A DNA stretch of 64,000 bases from the human T2T-CHM13v2.0 reference genome, Homo sapiens, in the NCBI RefSeq assembly GCF_009914755.1, contig NC_060930.1. One strand, given 5' to 3'. The notes under the pieces are model-generated. The model had not been told where the DNA came from, ran no database searches, and saw only the letters and a list, made by a program, of their open reading frames with translations. Below, piece after piece: positions 14,890 to 36,910 of this stretch. Positions within the stretch are counted from its first letter, which is position 1. The number at the start of each line of letters is the position of its first letter. The translations under genes were made by a program, and so were the position numbers.

Positions 14890-14904
14890 AAAAAAATAAA
14901 AAAT
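14574..14904 (+). mobile_element. AluS (Sx-like) with (AAAT)n tail
   Basis: Full dimer; TSD AAAGTCTACA. Confidence 0.93.
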
Positions 14905-14981
14905 AAAGTCTACAGAAGTGCTCATGAGGGCAGAAGATTTTTTAAATGAACCAAAAAATGGCTTGATTAAAAATCTTCACA

Positions 14982-15377
<396 letters not shown>

Positions 15378-15998
15378 CTATACCTCCAAAGTGGTTATTA
15401 ATAATTTTTAAAGACTACTTCAGAAATACTTTTGAAAACAACTGTTTAAACTTCCCATGTTATAACTTTAATAGCATTAAATCAGAATCTAGCCCAACGG
15501 AAACACATCTTAGTAAGCCAGAGGGTTCAAGCGACTCGCCTGGGTCCAATGTTTGTGTGTTCTTTCCACACTACCACAGGTGGAATTTAGAAATCACCAA
15601 AACAAAATAAATTAACAAGTTTAAGTGTTTTATCACCAAATCTAGTAGGAAACTCTTCATTACTGATAAAAATGTAGTCATGGGAATTTACTATGTAAAC
15701 ATAAAGGTTGCCAAGTTAATGGCTTATCTTACTGCATAAGCCACCAAAAAAACTAAACTAAAATTTAATATAAAAGAATATAAGCTACTCCTCTCCCTGA
15801 GACTGTTCATCACTATACCATCCTTTTATAACCTCTCTTCGTTTTTCTCAAAACAATGAAACATTAAGAATTATTTTCTAAGTAAAGTACTGGAATACTG
15901 GCGGGGCTGGGGGTGGGGAAGGGAAGAGGATGAATGGAAACCTGATTTATCCAAAAATTACCCTTAAAGCAACATTTTGGTTAACATGAACTTGACTA

Positions 15999-18707
<2,709 letters not shown>

Positions 18708-19162
18708 TATTTCCTTGATTTCTAATGTGAATATGATACATGTGAAAAATGAACCTAATAAGCAATTCAAACTATGTAGATAATAAATCTAAAAACCATG
18801 TACACTGATATATTCTTTGACATATCCTATACAGAACACGGCTTAACAAAGAATATGTAATGCACACACATGCTAAATACCTTTTATCTTGCAGATATAT
18901 TTAGCTCTCTACATAAGAAATGCCCTCGGAAAACATTCATACATATTTTAAAAGGAGAACTTTCCCGCTTTACACAGCAGCATTTTATAATAAAATACTG
19001 ATGCAATTGTTTCAGGATTCAAAAATACTTATTTCATTACAACCCTGTTTTTCCCCCCCGAAAAAAAGAGTTGAAGAATAACTTTGATAGAATCTTAAGC
19101 AGGAAAAAAACCTGACAAACCCAATAAACAAAACATGAACTACCCAACTGTTTTACCAATGC

Positions 19163-19168
19163 TTTAAT
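19163..19168 (-). terminator. Probable HUS1B polyadenylation signal ATTAAA
   Basis: Plus-strand TTTAAT about 150 nt past the HUS1B stop; first canonical-type hexamer downstream that I could find. Confidence 0.6.
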
Positions 19169-19317
19169 ATAAATTTTGCAAAGGAGGAAGGGCTCAACAA
19201 AATATACGCCCTGCATAAGTCAGTGAAGGTCCAAATTTTCAACCCAATTAACTCAGGGTCTGTTTTAGTTTTGAAAAGATCAAAACCTTAAAAAAAAAAT
19301 CTAAGCTGGCTGAATTT

Positions 19318-20154
19318 TTACAAGGCAGGAATGAAATACTGAAGAGAGACATATTCTTGAACCAAAACAAGCTGAAGAAGAGTATTGTCCCAAATATTGC
19401 ACAGGGCCGTCGTAGGATGTATTTGCTGTCCCTCCAAAAACTGCAGAAGCTTCCGATTGTCCACCCGCACTTGCACCATGCTCTCCAGGTCTCTGTTTTC
19501 AGGCACACCCACAGCCGACTGGGGAGGGTTTCCAAGATTTTTAAAATAACTTTGAATGGACACCACCTCCGTCTCTATACTCAGGGTCATCCTGCCACTG
19601 AGGTTTGCTTCCACCAGCACGTGACTGCCCACGTTCGCCATCCTCTCCACGATGCTCCTCAGCGTCCTCCAGCGCGGCAGGCGGATGCTCGCGTCGGAGG
19701 CGCGCAGGCTGGGCGGCAGGCAGTCCCGCCACACTCTCCTGGGAAGCACCCGCACGGGCAGATCGTGCACCACGCTGCGAGCGCGGCCCAGGGACGAGAC
19801 CAGCTCCACCGCCACCGTGAGGGAGGGGCGGCGCTTGTGGGTCAGCTGCAGCTTCAGGGAGGACGCGCCCGCTGCGCTTCTCGCCGCCCGGGACAGGTGC
19901 TCCGCCGTCAGCTCCAGGTGGATCTCATCGAGATCTTCCGAGACACCTTCCATGCGAAACTGCTGGAAGGCCCCCTGCCGCACCTCGCACCACAGCCTGG
20001 CCTCGTGGAGGCCGCCGGAACCCGCGGGGCCGAAGCACAGGCTGTCAGGGCGCACGCGGAGCACGCAGACCTTCGCTAGCCTCGCGACGGTGCCGCTGAC
20101 GTGAATGAACAGCTCTAGACAGCCTTTGCCGGTGATCTTGGCGCGAAACTTCAT
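19318..20154 (-). CDS. HUS1B: HUS1B, checkpoint clamp (9-1-1) subunit paralog; intronless retrogene, 278 aa
   Basis: Intact 837-nt ORF MKFRAKITGKGCLELFIHVSG...SLQYFIPAL*, matching the HUS1B protein. True ATG at 20154; the ORF track's 20208 start is a GTG. Confidence 0.97.
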   Translation of the reverse strand: MKFRAKITGKGCLELFIHVSGTVARLAKVCVLRVRPDSLCFGPAGSGGLHEARLWCEVRQGAFQQFRMEGVSEDLDEIHLELTAEHLSRAARSAAGASSLKLQLTHKRRPSLTVAVELVSSLGRARSVVHDLPVRVLPRRVWRDCLPPSLRASDASIRLPRWRTLRSIVERMANVGSHVLVEANLSGRMTLSIETEVVSIQSYFKNLGNPPQSAVGVPENRDLESMVQVRVDNRKLLQFLEGQQIHPTTALCNIWDNTLLQLVLVQEYVSLQYFIPAL

Positions 20155-20340
20155 GATGCCACAGGGAAGGCAGCTGGGGGCCTCTGAGGGGGATTCCGCG
20201 TGCCACAAGCCCTTCCGGTCCGCTGGGGTCCGTGGCGCTGCCCTCCCCGCCCTCCCTCCGGCCCCCCAGCTAGGCAGGCACTCGGGTTCCCGGTTGCGGT
20301 TGCGGGTTCTGTTGTGGGTTCCGCAGCCCTAGGCCTGGAG
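19560..20340. promoter_or_regulatory. CpG island over the HUS1B promoter and 5' two-thirds of the CDS
   Basis: Abrupt CpG-dense block in an AT-rich intron; GC box CCCCGCCC near 20245. Confidence 0.8.
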
Positions 20341-21746
20341 CCACGGAAGGGCCTCCCAACGCCCGTTCTCACCTTCCCTCCAGCCCTCTCACAAAATGCT
20401 TCCGTTTCCACTCCGGTTATAAGAAGAGTAGGCATTCCACTGCTGAAACTTCTTAGTATTCTAAACACAATGAAGACAAAATCATCACTCAGATAAAGAA
20501 CCACTTTTAATCTCTTTGGTATATACACTGATTCCATCTTCATCAATCGGCATATAAGAAGATATAGTTCCACGTGTCTTATGAAATCATAGCATACCAG
20601 GCATACATTTTACAACCTCATCTTCACACTTAAATATGTAACAGGCACCTTTCCATGCTGGTGAAACAAATCTACACCATCTTCATGGCTGCTCACTTTT
20701 CCAGTGTATGGAGTTATAACACAAATGACATTTGGATGATTTCCAATTTTTTGCTATTATGAACACAATGAATATTTTTGTACAAAATAGTTTTGCCCAT
20801 TTACCCAACTATTTCCTTGCATTAAATTCAGAAGTGAAGTGCTGGTCAATGAATGCACTTTTAAAATCCTAATAAATATTCTCAGACTGGCCTGCAGAAA
20901 GCTACATGAACACTCTAGCCCACCAGCAACACTGGGTAGTAGCAATCTGTTTTACCTGTAGCACTCTGGCAGGCAAAAAAAAAAAAAAAAATTCAACTTG
21001 CACTGTGTGTGAATTCCATCTTATGCCCTTTGCATCTTTTTACTGAGTTTATTTTTCTTGATTTTAAGATATCTAGCAAGAACATTAACCCTCTGTCCAT
21101 TACATGTACTGTAAATATCTTCCCCAGTTTATCATGTGACTTTTCACACTGTTTTTGGTATTCTTTGCCCTTGGGAAATACTGAGTATTTTCATGTCAAA
21201 CCTATTGACCTTTTCTCTACTACTTCTAGGGTCATGCTTTCAAAGTCCTGTTTCTGGTACTTTAATGTTATCTGTTTTTATGACTTAGTTGTTTGACTCA
21301 GTTGAAATCTTTTTTGGAGTACCGAATGCCTAGCTGATACACATAATTCACTAAACAATCCACTTCTCCACTAACCTGAAATGTCAATTTTGTTTTAGAC
21401 AAAAATTCTCATTTTTGCTTGAATGTTTCCTGGCCCTCTCTATATTTTCTCCCACTGCCCTATCTTGAACCTGTACCAGTGATTTAATTTCTGTATTATA
21501 TTTCAATATCGAATAGGACAATCTTTCAGAACTTCTCTCATTCTCTCACAGATACTGCTCCAGATGAATTCTAAAATATTTTGTCAGAGTCTAAAAATAA
21601 TCTTCCTGGAATTCTGATGGGAATTATCACCAGCCTGATATAGTACATACTTAGACTTCTTTGTTTGCCGTCTAGCTCTAACCACAATGATGTAAGTTAG
21701 AGGAGTTCTTATCTGTTCCATACACTGCTGTACACCCAGCATTTAG

Positions 21747-22194
<448 letters not shown>

Positions 22195-22604
22195 TAAATC
22201 CTCCCACTTATTCAAACCATTTTTTATGACTGTCAATGAATTATTCAGTTCTGTTCTTAGGGAGTTCACATAATATACAGTATCTTGAAGTCAGTCAAGT
22301 CACTGAGCTCTCCTGAAATCATTTTTCAATTGACCTTTTATGTCTCTAATGTAGAAAATCTTACTATCTTCATGTACTGTAATTATGGCTTTTACTCTTC
22401 AAAGTTTATGTCATTTATTTAACTGACATTGCGTTTGCTGTAATTTTCAAAACACTGCTGAATAACAGTGGTGCCAGAAAGCATCTTTGTCTTATTTGTA
22501 ACTAATGACGAATCCTCTAGAGCAGTGTTTCCCAAACTGTCATTAGCGCCCCCAAGAGTCTTTTTAGGTGTTTTCCCTAACTGCCCTCCATGGAATTTTA
22601 GATC

Positions 22605-29157
<6,553 letters not shown>

Positions 29158-29184
29158 GAGTCAAAAAATTATAGTCATCAAGAG

Positions 29185-29365
29185 AAATGTGGTCTGCTAC
29201 CTATTCTTGTGAATAAAGTTTTATCAGAACACAGCCACATTCATTTGATTCCATGTCATCTAAGGCTGCTTTCTCACTAGAAGAGTAGAGCTGAGTAATA
29301 GCAACTGAGACCTCATGGCCAAAAACTACTACACTGCCCTTCACAAAAAGAGTGTGCCAATCCGT
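29185..29365 (+). mobile_element. MER58A-like hAT-Charlie element
   Basis: GTGAATAAAGTTTTATCAGAACACAGCCAC...GCAACTGAGACC...AAAAAGAGTGTGCCAATCC. Confidence 0.7.
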
Positions 29366-29594
29366 TAGGTGATGGCAAGTCAGCATCCTTTCTCCATTCT
29401 CACATGAAACATTTTTAGCTGTAACTCCTTAATTTTCAGATGTAGAAGACACTTCTCTTGTTTCCAGCACTGGTATTTTCCTCATATTGACTGGAATATA
29501 TCAAAAACTAGGAGGAAAAGTCAAAACCATTGGAAAATATGTAAAGGCATCTTCACCACGGCAGTCATACTGATGCAAAATTGAGCACCATAGT

Positions 29595-29654
29595 CATGTA
29601 AGCCAGTTCCCCTAATAAATCCCCTCCCATCCATCCATCCATCCATCCATCCAT

Positions 29655-29686
<32 letters not shown>

Positions 29687-29723
29687 ATCCTGTTGATTCT
29701 GTTTCTCTGGAAAGCCCTAATAC
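29595..29723 (+). mobile_element. MLT2-type LTR 3' end
   Basis: GTAAGCCAGTTCCCCTAATAAATC...ATATCCTGTTGATTCTGTTTCTCTGGAAAGCCCTAATACA. Confidence 0.65.
29627..29686. repeat. (CCAT)n microsatellite
   Basis: 13 perfect CCAT units plus an imperfect end, inside an MLT2-type LTR end. Confidence 0.95.
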
Positions 29724-30439
29724 ACTGGGTTTTTTTCTTTCAGCACTTTATTTCACTCCACTCTATTCTTCCTTGCATGGTTTCTGAAGAGACATCTCAT
29801 ATAACTCTGATCTATGCTCCCCTATAGAAAGGTGCTTCTTTCAAGAGTTTCTATTGGTTTTTGATTTTCTGCAACTGGAATAGGATATGTCTGAGTGTAG
29901 ATTTTTTGGTATTTGTCTTGCTCCGTGTTCTCTGGGCTCCCAGGATCTATGGATAGTTGCCTATTATTAATTTTGGAAAATTTTTAGGCATTAATGCTTT
30001 AAGTCATGCCCAGGAAGATACTCAGCCATGCTGTGCCTCCATCATGTCTCTCCTACAGTCCCCTCATTGTCTCCCACACTGTCTTCTGGGTGACGCATGC
30101 TTTCTCCCTCTGTTGGCCTCCAGCATTCCAGAACTTAATTCTTCTGTCCTATCCTTCCAGGTGAAAGAAGTGCTGTTCTCATTGCCTGCACAGCCCTGTG
30201 CTCACTGCTGAAATCTGCGTTCTGTCACACTCAGCGTTAGGTCCCTCAACACCCATCCCACCTGCTTCTTAGCCAACTAACTTCCACCATTCACCCATTC
30301 AGTCATCACTTTCTGTGGGAAGCTACACCTTCCCTCACCTCACTTCCAACAACCTAACCTCCCTCAGCCCCAGGTTGGATTAATCGTACCCCCTGTATAC
30401 TTATCTCTACCATTCAGCCAGTAAAAGTAGAGATACTAT

Positions 30440-30741
30440 GGTCTCTTGGGATCTACCAGTAATTGGTCCTAAGGCATTCTGTGGATACCAAAATCTGGGG
30501 ATGCTCAGGTTCCCTACATAAAATTGCATAGTATTTGCATATAACCCACACACATCCACCAGCATACTCTAGATTACTAATCATCTCTAGATTACTTATA
30601 ATACATAATACAATGTAAGTTATCAAACTGTATTGTTTTTGTTGTTTTTTTATTGCTGCATTGTTTTCTTCTGAATATTTTCCATCTGTGATTGGTTGAA
30701 TCTGTCCATGCAGAACCCATGGATATGGAGAGCTGACTGTA
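30440..30741. mobile_element. MER2 (Tigger-family MITE)
   Basis: GGATACCAAAATCTGGGGATGCTCAGGTTCC...GGATATGGAGAGCTGACTGTA. Confidence 0.72.
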
Positions 30742-30839
30742 TTTCTTTTTTACTTACTTGGTGCTAGGCACATGAAGGTGCGGAATAAACGCTTATGAAT
30801 GAACCTCCAACTGGTATGTTTGCTCCTCGAGGACAAGTA

Positions 30840-32100
30840 TTACCACCTGCAACTGTCTGCATCCCACACCCGGCTGATCTCCTGCACCATGTCCTTGGAC
30901 TCCATGGAGCTCAGGATCTTCCTGCTCCATGTGAAATGCAGCGAGCACAGCTTGAACTCCCCACATTCCAGCTACATGCCAGATCTTCCCAGCCAACCTG
31001 AAACACAGGTGTCTGTGGATGAAGATAAGGAACCTCCTGTGGCCCCCTGCCAGCCCTGAATGTTGCGAGAGGGAATGGCTGAGGTTATACATTCTGGCAA
31101 ATTCTGCCGGTCCTAACCAAAGCTGCACAGTATGAAGGGAGTTCTCCTTTGGAGGACACACCCTAGGAACAGTTGATTCTGTCTGGGGTTCCACCACTGC
31201 TGCTGGTGCTGTGGGTGGAGGGGGAGGCCACAAGGCCATGCTGGAGGCTTTGCTGGGCCAGTCTTCATCTCCAGGTGAGGCAGAAGACTGGCAGGCACTT
31301 TGACTGTTCTGCTGGCCTTTCAACCTGACTCCTGATCCTCCTCAAGCCACTGATTTTCTATTAGAGGAAAAAGAAAATGTGGGAAGAGCAGGCTCGCTGC
31401 TTTGGGCTGGCAGAGACCCTAGGCTGTACCTGGAAGGATGGAGAAGGATGGCAACAGTTGGTGGGATCAGCTAAGGAAAGGACTTCACAGTGATGGTGTG
31501 GCCCTCCAGCTGAGGTGTCCTGTAGCCCATCAATGAGTCCAGAATTTCCCTTACATGTAGCCCAAGGACAGCATTAACTCAGTGTGCCAGGGATCCCTGG
31601 AGTCAGGGAGTGGCTGGATGTAGTTTTAGTTCCTCTTCATAGCCCACATTTATCCATGGGTCCCTCATGATTTCCTCTGCAGTGCCTCTCTTACTGGGGT
31701 TTGGGAGCAGGAATTTCTTTAGGTGTTCATACTCCATAGACATGTAAAGGGAATGTGATATATACCTACTTTGGAAGCTCTGCTATAGTTCTGTCCATTG
31801 TAAGACAGAAACCTGATGATCACCGACCACTGCACAGAGAATGACTCCCAGGCTGCCAACATCCATCTCAGAGCCATCGTACTTTTGCGTACGTTGCCTA
31901 GAAGAGTTCCAGGACAGTGTAAGAAGCACTGACACAGAAGTTATCTACCCTGCTGCCAAAGGTGAGCTCGTTGCTAAAGCCAAAGTCTGCAAACGTGAGG
32001 TTCAGTTCAGCATCCACACAAGCAGGTTCTTTGGCTGTATGTCCCTGTGCAGGATCCCCTTCTGGTGGCAGTACTATCTGTTGGATTCTGCCTTGGGCCA
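30840..32100 (-). pseudogene. Processed pseudogene of MARK2 (PAR-1 kinase), 5'-truncated, with frameshifts and stops
   Basis: Stitched minus frames give [117 protein letters not shown] (UBA), QLEGHTITVK, QVQPRVSASPKQR and SLHFTWSRKILSSMESKDMVQEISRVWDADSC (KA1). All are colinear with MARK2 and there are no introns. Confidence 0.9.
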
Positions 32101-32698
32101 AAAATTTAGGCAGAGCCAGGGACGAAAATAAGTGTTTGGCATTTTACAATAATGACTCCTACTGAGGTCACAGCAAGAAATGGACCAATCACAGCTGAGG
32201 ATAATCCACTGTGGTTTTCTCATTTTTGGTCTGAAGAACTCTTTACTTTTTTTAATTTAAAAAAAAAAAAGGGAAGGAGGACTTCAAACAGCTTTCTGTT
32301 CACATAGGTTAAAGTGATCAATACTTTTCAATATGGCAAATTAAATCCACAGAATGCTTCAGTGACCTTTCATTTCCAGTCTGAAAATCTGTAATAATTT
32401 TTGACTTTTAAAAACTCATAGTGTCTACACTGAAAATATTCAATTCCTTTCTCTTTAATCTCTGAATGATTGGTCTCAAAAATGATGCCACAACTCGCAT
32501 CACATAAGAAAATGTTCTGTTGCATAAGACACAATAAGGTAATTATTAACATCTATAGAGCTGAGAGAAAGACATATTTTCATTTCTTATTTAGAGTTTT
32601 GCCAAGTCTCTGGAATAAATTCCTCTCTTCCATGAGTCCATTGGGGTAGCTTTAAATGTAGAAGTTGCAACTGTAGGTCAAGAAAGTAAGTCTTTTTC

Positions 32699-32837
32699 AG
32701 CCAGGCACAGTGGTGCACACCTGTAGTCCCAGCTACTTAGGAGGCTGAGGCAGAAGGACCACCTAAGCCCAGGAGTTCAAGACCAGCCTGGGTAACATCA
32801 TGAGACTCCATCTCAAAAAAAAAAAAAAAAAAAAAAA
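32699..32837 (+). mobile_element. FLAM (free left Alu monomer)
   Basis: Single monomer ending GAGACTCCATCTC plus poly-A. Confidence 0.82.
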
Positions 32838-32841
32838 TTAA

Positions 32842-33194
<353 letters not shown>

Positions 33195-33309
33195 TCAGCA
33201 TGAATGTGGGGTGTAGGTGCTGGGCATGGTGCCAGATGCCAGGACCTGAGGGGAGGGAACCCAGAAGCCACTGCATTTATTCCTTCTCTAAAATTCATCC
33301 TTGAATTTT

Positions 33310-34600
33310 TCAGATCCAAGTATTTGACCTATATCATTTTGCTTCTCCCTAAAGAACAACTTTTAACATTTTAACTTCTTTTAATAGTTAAGGCAAATCT
33401 AATGGCAATAAATCCCCTCAATTTCGTCTGGAAAAAGTTTATTTCTCCTTCACGTTTGAAGGATAATTTCACTGGATACGGAATTCTATGTAGGTGGGTC
33501 TTTTTTCCTTACTTGTTTGCATGGTTGCTGAAAAAAAGTCTGATGTAATTTCCATTCTTGTCTCCCTTATGTAAGGTGTCCATCTCATCCCCAACCCCAG
33601 CTTCCTTCAGTATCCTTCAGTATTTTTTATATTTTTCTACAGTTTGAATACAATATGCTAAGTGTAGATTTTTTATTTTTTATTTATTTATTTATTTTTT
33701 GGTACTTGCTTGCCTACTGTTCTCTGAGCTTTCCAGATCTGGGACTATCATTAATTACAAAAAACTCTCAGCCATTATTACGGCAAATATTTCTTCTGTT
33801 ATTTTTTTCCTTCCCCTTCTTGGTTCCCACTATACATACATTATACTTTGTGTAACTGTCCCACAATTCTTGGCTGTTCCATTCCATTTTCTTCCACCTT
33901 TTTTCTCTATTATAGTTTCTGAAGACTCTATTGATGTTTCTTCCAGTTCACTGATTCTTTCCTCAGCTATGTCTGGCCTACTGATGTGCTCATCAATGGC
34001 ACTCTTCTCTTCTGTTAGTGTTATTTCTACCATTTCTTTTTCATTCCTTCTTAAAGTTTCCATCTCTCTGTGCACATTACTTATCTGCTGCATGTTCCCC
34101 ACTTTTCCCATTAGGACCCTTAGCATATAATCATAGTTGTTTTAAATTGCTGGTTTGATCATTCTAACATCCTCCACCATACCTGAATCTGGTTCTAATG
34201 CTTGCTCTGTTTCTTCAAAATGTGGTTTTTGTCTTTCATTTCTGCCGTGTAATTTTTTGTTCAAAGCTGGATATGCTGTATTGGTTAAAGCAACTCAATA
34301 CTGGTTTCCCACAGAAACTTCCATTCCTAGGCTTCTGCACTAAGAAGTTGGGATGCTCTGTATCTGCCTGTTGTCTCTCCCATTTAGGGGACAGTGGTTT
34401 ACCCTGTGGCCTCAATTTTCTGAGGGATATAAGGAAAGTTGTTGATTTTCAGTTTGTTTAGCTTTTTCCTTATCCTGTGGCCTCAATTTTCTGAGGGATA
34501 TAAGGGAAGTTGCTGATTTTCAGTCTGTTTAGCTTTTTCCTTATTGTGAGGATTCGAGTGGTGACTTCCAAGCTCCTACATCTCTGACCAGAAACTGCAA
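33310..34600 (-). mobile_element. Old L1M ORF1-region fragment
   Basis: Minus ORF 33830-34126 resembles the ORF1p coiled coil (ISRPDIAEERISELEETSIE). Confidence 0.78.
34403..34544. repeat. Tandem duplication, 71 bp x2 (3 mismatches)
   Basis: CCTGTGGCCTCAATTTTCTGAGGGATATAAGG...CTTTTTCCTTAT at 34403 and 34474. Confidence 0.93.
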
Positions 34601-34745
34601 GAGCTTTGTTTTCAATATTTACATAAGTAAGTTGCATTCTTATAAAATTAAAGTACATTTTACAATTTACTCAGAGCTTTAGTGTATGTGATCTAAACGA
34701 TAAGGTAAATTTCATTAAGTTTGTAGACTCTGTTTTAAAATTCAT

Positions 34746-35042
34746 GACTGGGCGCGGTGGCTCAGCCCTGTAATCCCAGCACTTTGGGAGGCCAAGGCGG
34801 GCAGATCACTTGAGGTCAGTAGTTTGAGACCACCCTGGCCAACATGGTGAAACCCCATCTCTACTAAAAATACAAAAAAATTAGCTGGGCGTGGTGGCGG
34901 GCACCTGGGATACCGGCTACTCATGAGGCTGAGGCAGGAGAATCACTTGAATCTGGGTTGCAGAGGCAAGATCGCGCCATTGCACTCCAGCCTGGGTGAC
35001 AAAAGTGAGACTCCATAGCCAAAAAAAAAAAAAAAAAAAAAA
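34746..35042 (+). mobile_element. AluS
   Basis: Dimer with small deletion and poly-A; TSD AAAATTCA. Confidence 0.92.
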
Positions 35043-35529
35043 TTCACATTTATCTAAGAAAAAAGATAACAATACAATTGTCTTTTATTTGCACTGGTTA
35101 GTGTTCCATTAAATTAGTACCACTTAAGCCTCAACAGTATTTGGCTTAACAGAAGTTAAGCTATGAAACTGCAGCAGTGTATAGTCATATATTTTATTTA
35201 TTCAGAAATATAAAGTGCAATTTTTAAACTATCTGGAAACAGAAAAGATTTCTATTTCTTGGAATAACAGATTCCTTAGGGTGAGGAGGAGCGAAAACGT
35301 TTCTAACAGTACAGATTTTGAGATCTATGTTTTCAGAAGTACAGCATAATGCACCAAGGCCTCATTTACTAGATGCCATCGGCAAGGAGGGGTTCTGCCT
35401 AGAGGAAACCTCCAAACAAAGCAGATTTACACTTCAAAACTCAAAAAATATATAACTTTTTACTATTTTGGCAGGGATCTCTCTCATCTGTATTTGCCTT
35501 CCCAATATGAAACACAAATGAACTTAAAG

Positions 35530-35750
35530 ATATAATAATTAAAAAGTATGAAATATTGCAAGAAATACCAAAATGTGACGCAGAGACATGAAGTGAGCAC
35601 ATGCTGTTGGAAAAATGATGCTGAGACACTTGCTTAATACAGGGTTACCACAAACCTTCATTTTGCTTTTTTTAAAAAAAGTATTATCTGTGAAATGCAG
35701 TATCTACAAGGCACAATAAAGCGAACTGCAATTAAGCGAGTTATGACTGA
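35530..35750 (-). mobile_element. Tigger-family terminal fragment
   Basis: Reverse complement resembles the Tigger1 5' end at 16000-16190 (GCATGTGCTCACT..TCTCTG..TCACATTTTGGTA). Confidence 0.75.
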
Positions 35751-36429
35751 AAACTCTCCAAACCCCTAATAATCCAAAAATGAGAAATTGAGAACTACCA
35801 ACACTTTCAATCAAATTTTATATTACGATGCTTGGTTCAAAGAATAACAAAACTAACAAACTCTGAGCTAGAAATTAAGCAAAAATACCAACTTGATCAT
35901 AATTCTCATGCAATTAGCCAAATTTGAATCATTATACCAAAATACATAAGGCCAAAATGAGTTTTTTATTGCCATGATAATTACAGAACAAGTGTTGGTT
36001 CCAAATGAATGATGAAGACTGCTGACATGATTACTTCCTTTCCCTCAATAATTCTATAAAAAAAAATAAAGACAGAATTTGTTTAGCCTTGGAAGTGACT
36101 TATTTATTTACTCTTTCAGCTAGCTAGCATTTGGATCATGTTTCCTCAAAAAAGTTCATGTACCCTGTTAAAAAAAAATTACCTTGTACTAAATATGAAC
36201 TGTGAACACTTCTCAAAGCCTTGCAGTAATAATGAGGGTAAGCTATGTTGGAAACAAAGAAAATGTGCAAAACACAATAATTTCAAAAATTGCTGGGAGA
36301 AATGAGTAAGCTATTGTAAAGGCTTTTTCTCATACTCTTTTCTAGGTCAAATTTATGCCTCTTCTCCTTGGCAATAAGAAACACTACTGTACTGATCTTT
36401 TCTCCTCTCTGCTACTAAATCCTAAAGCT

Positions 36430-36910
36430 GTGGTACAAAAAGTCCTGGCCCTTGTATTAACCATGTTTGTTTGTTTGTTTGTTTGTTTGTTTGTTGTCAG
36501 TGCTTTATGATGCTTTGACATTTTGGAGCCTGTGGACCAGGGAAGGGACTGCCCCTCTGAGAACTGGCTAATTCCTAGAGGTCACAAACTACTTGCCTGG
36601 TCTGAATACCCTTCAATTAGGCTCCTCCAATCAGGGACACTGCCCCCAGCCCTACATACCCCAGGTGCCAGCCAACTAGGGACCACTCCTACAGCCCAGA
36701 GCCCTCCAAAAAATTATTCAGATGATCCAATCCTAAACTTGCTCAGCTTGCCTACCCTGCCTAGCCATTCCTTCCCGGGAAAACCATAACAAAGGGTCTG
36801 GCCCATGCTTTCCCTGGCTCCCTCTGCCTCCTGACCTACCCCCAGTGCTTCCTGTGTGGTGCGGCTTGCCCACCCTCTTGGAACTGTGAGTAACACAATT
36901 TTCAACAACA
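36430..36910 (+). mobile_element. ERV1 LTR (MER39/MER34-like)
   Basis: GCTTTGACATTTTGG..GGGACTGCCCCTC..CTAATTCCTAGAG..AACTGTGAGTAA. Confidence 0.55.
36465..36495. repeat. (GTTT)n microsatellite
   Basis: Direct reading. Confidence 0.9.

Noticed and set aside
19357-20104. 240-aa and 150-aa plus-strand ORFs
   Set aside because: Antisense shadows of the GC-rich HUS1B CDS; no recognisable protein.
20155-20208. 18-aa N-terminal extension of HUS1B in the ORF track
   Set aside because: Starts at GTG; HUS1-family homology begins at MKFRAK.
30793-32165. Plus-strand ORFs (MNLQLVCLL..., MTPRLPTS...) as novel genes
   Set aside because: Antisense to the MARK2 pseudogene, which explains their coding-like composition.
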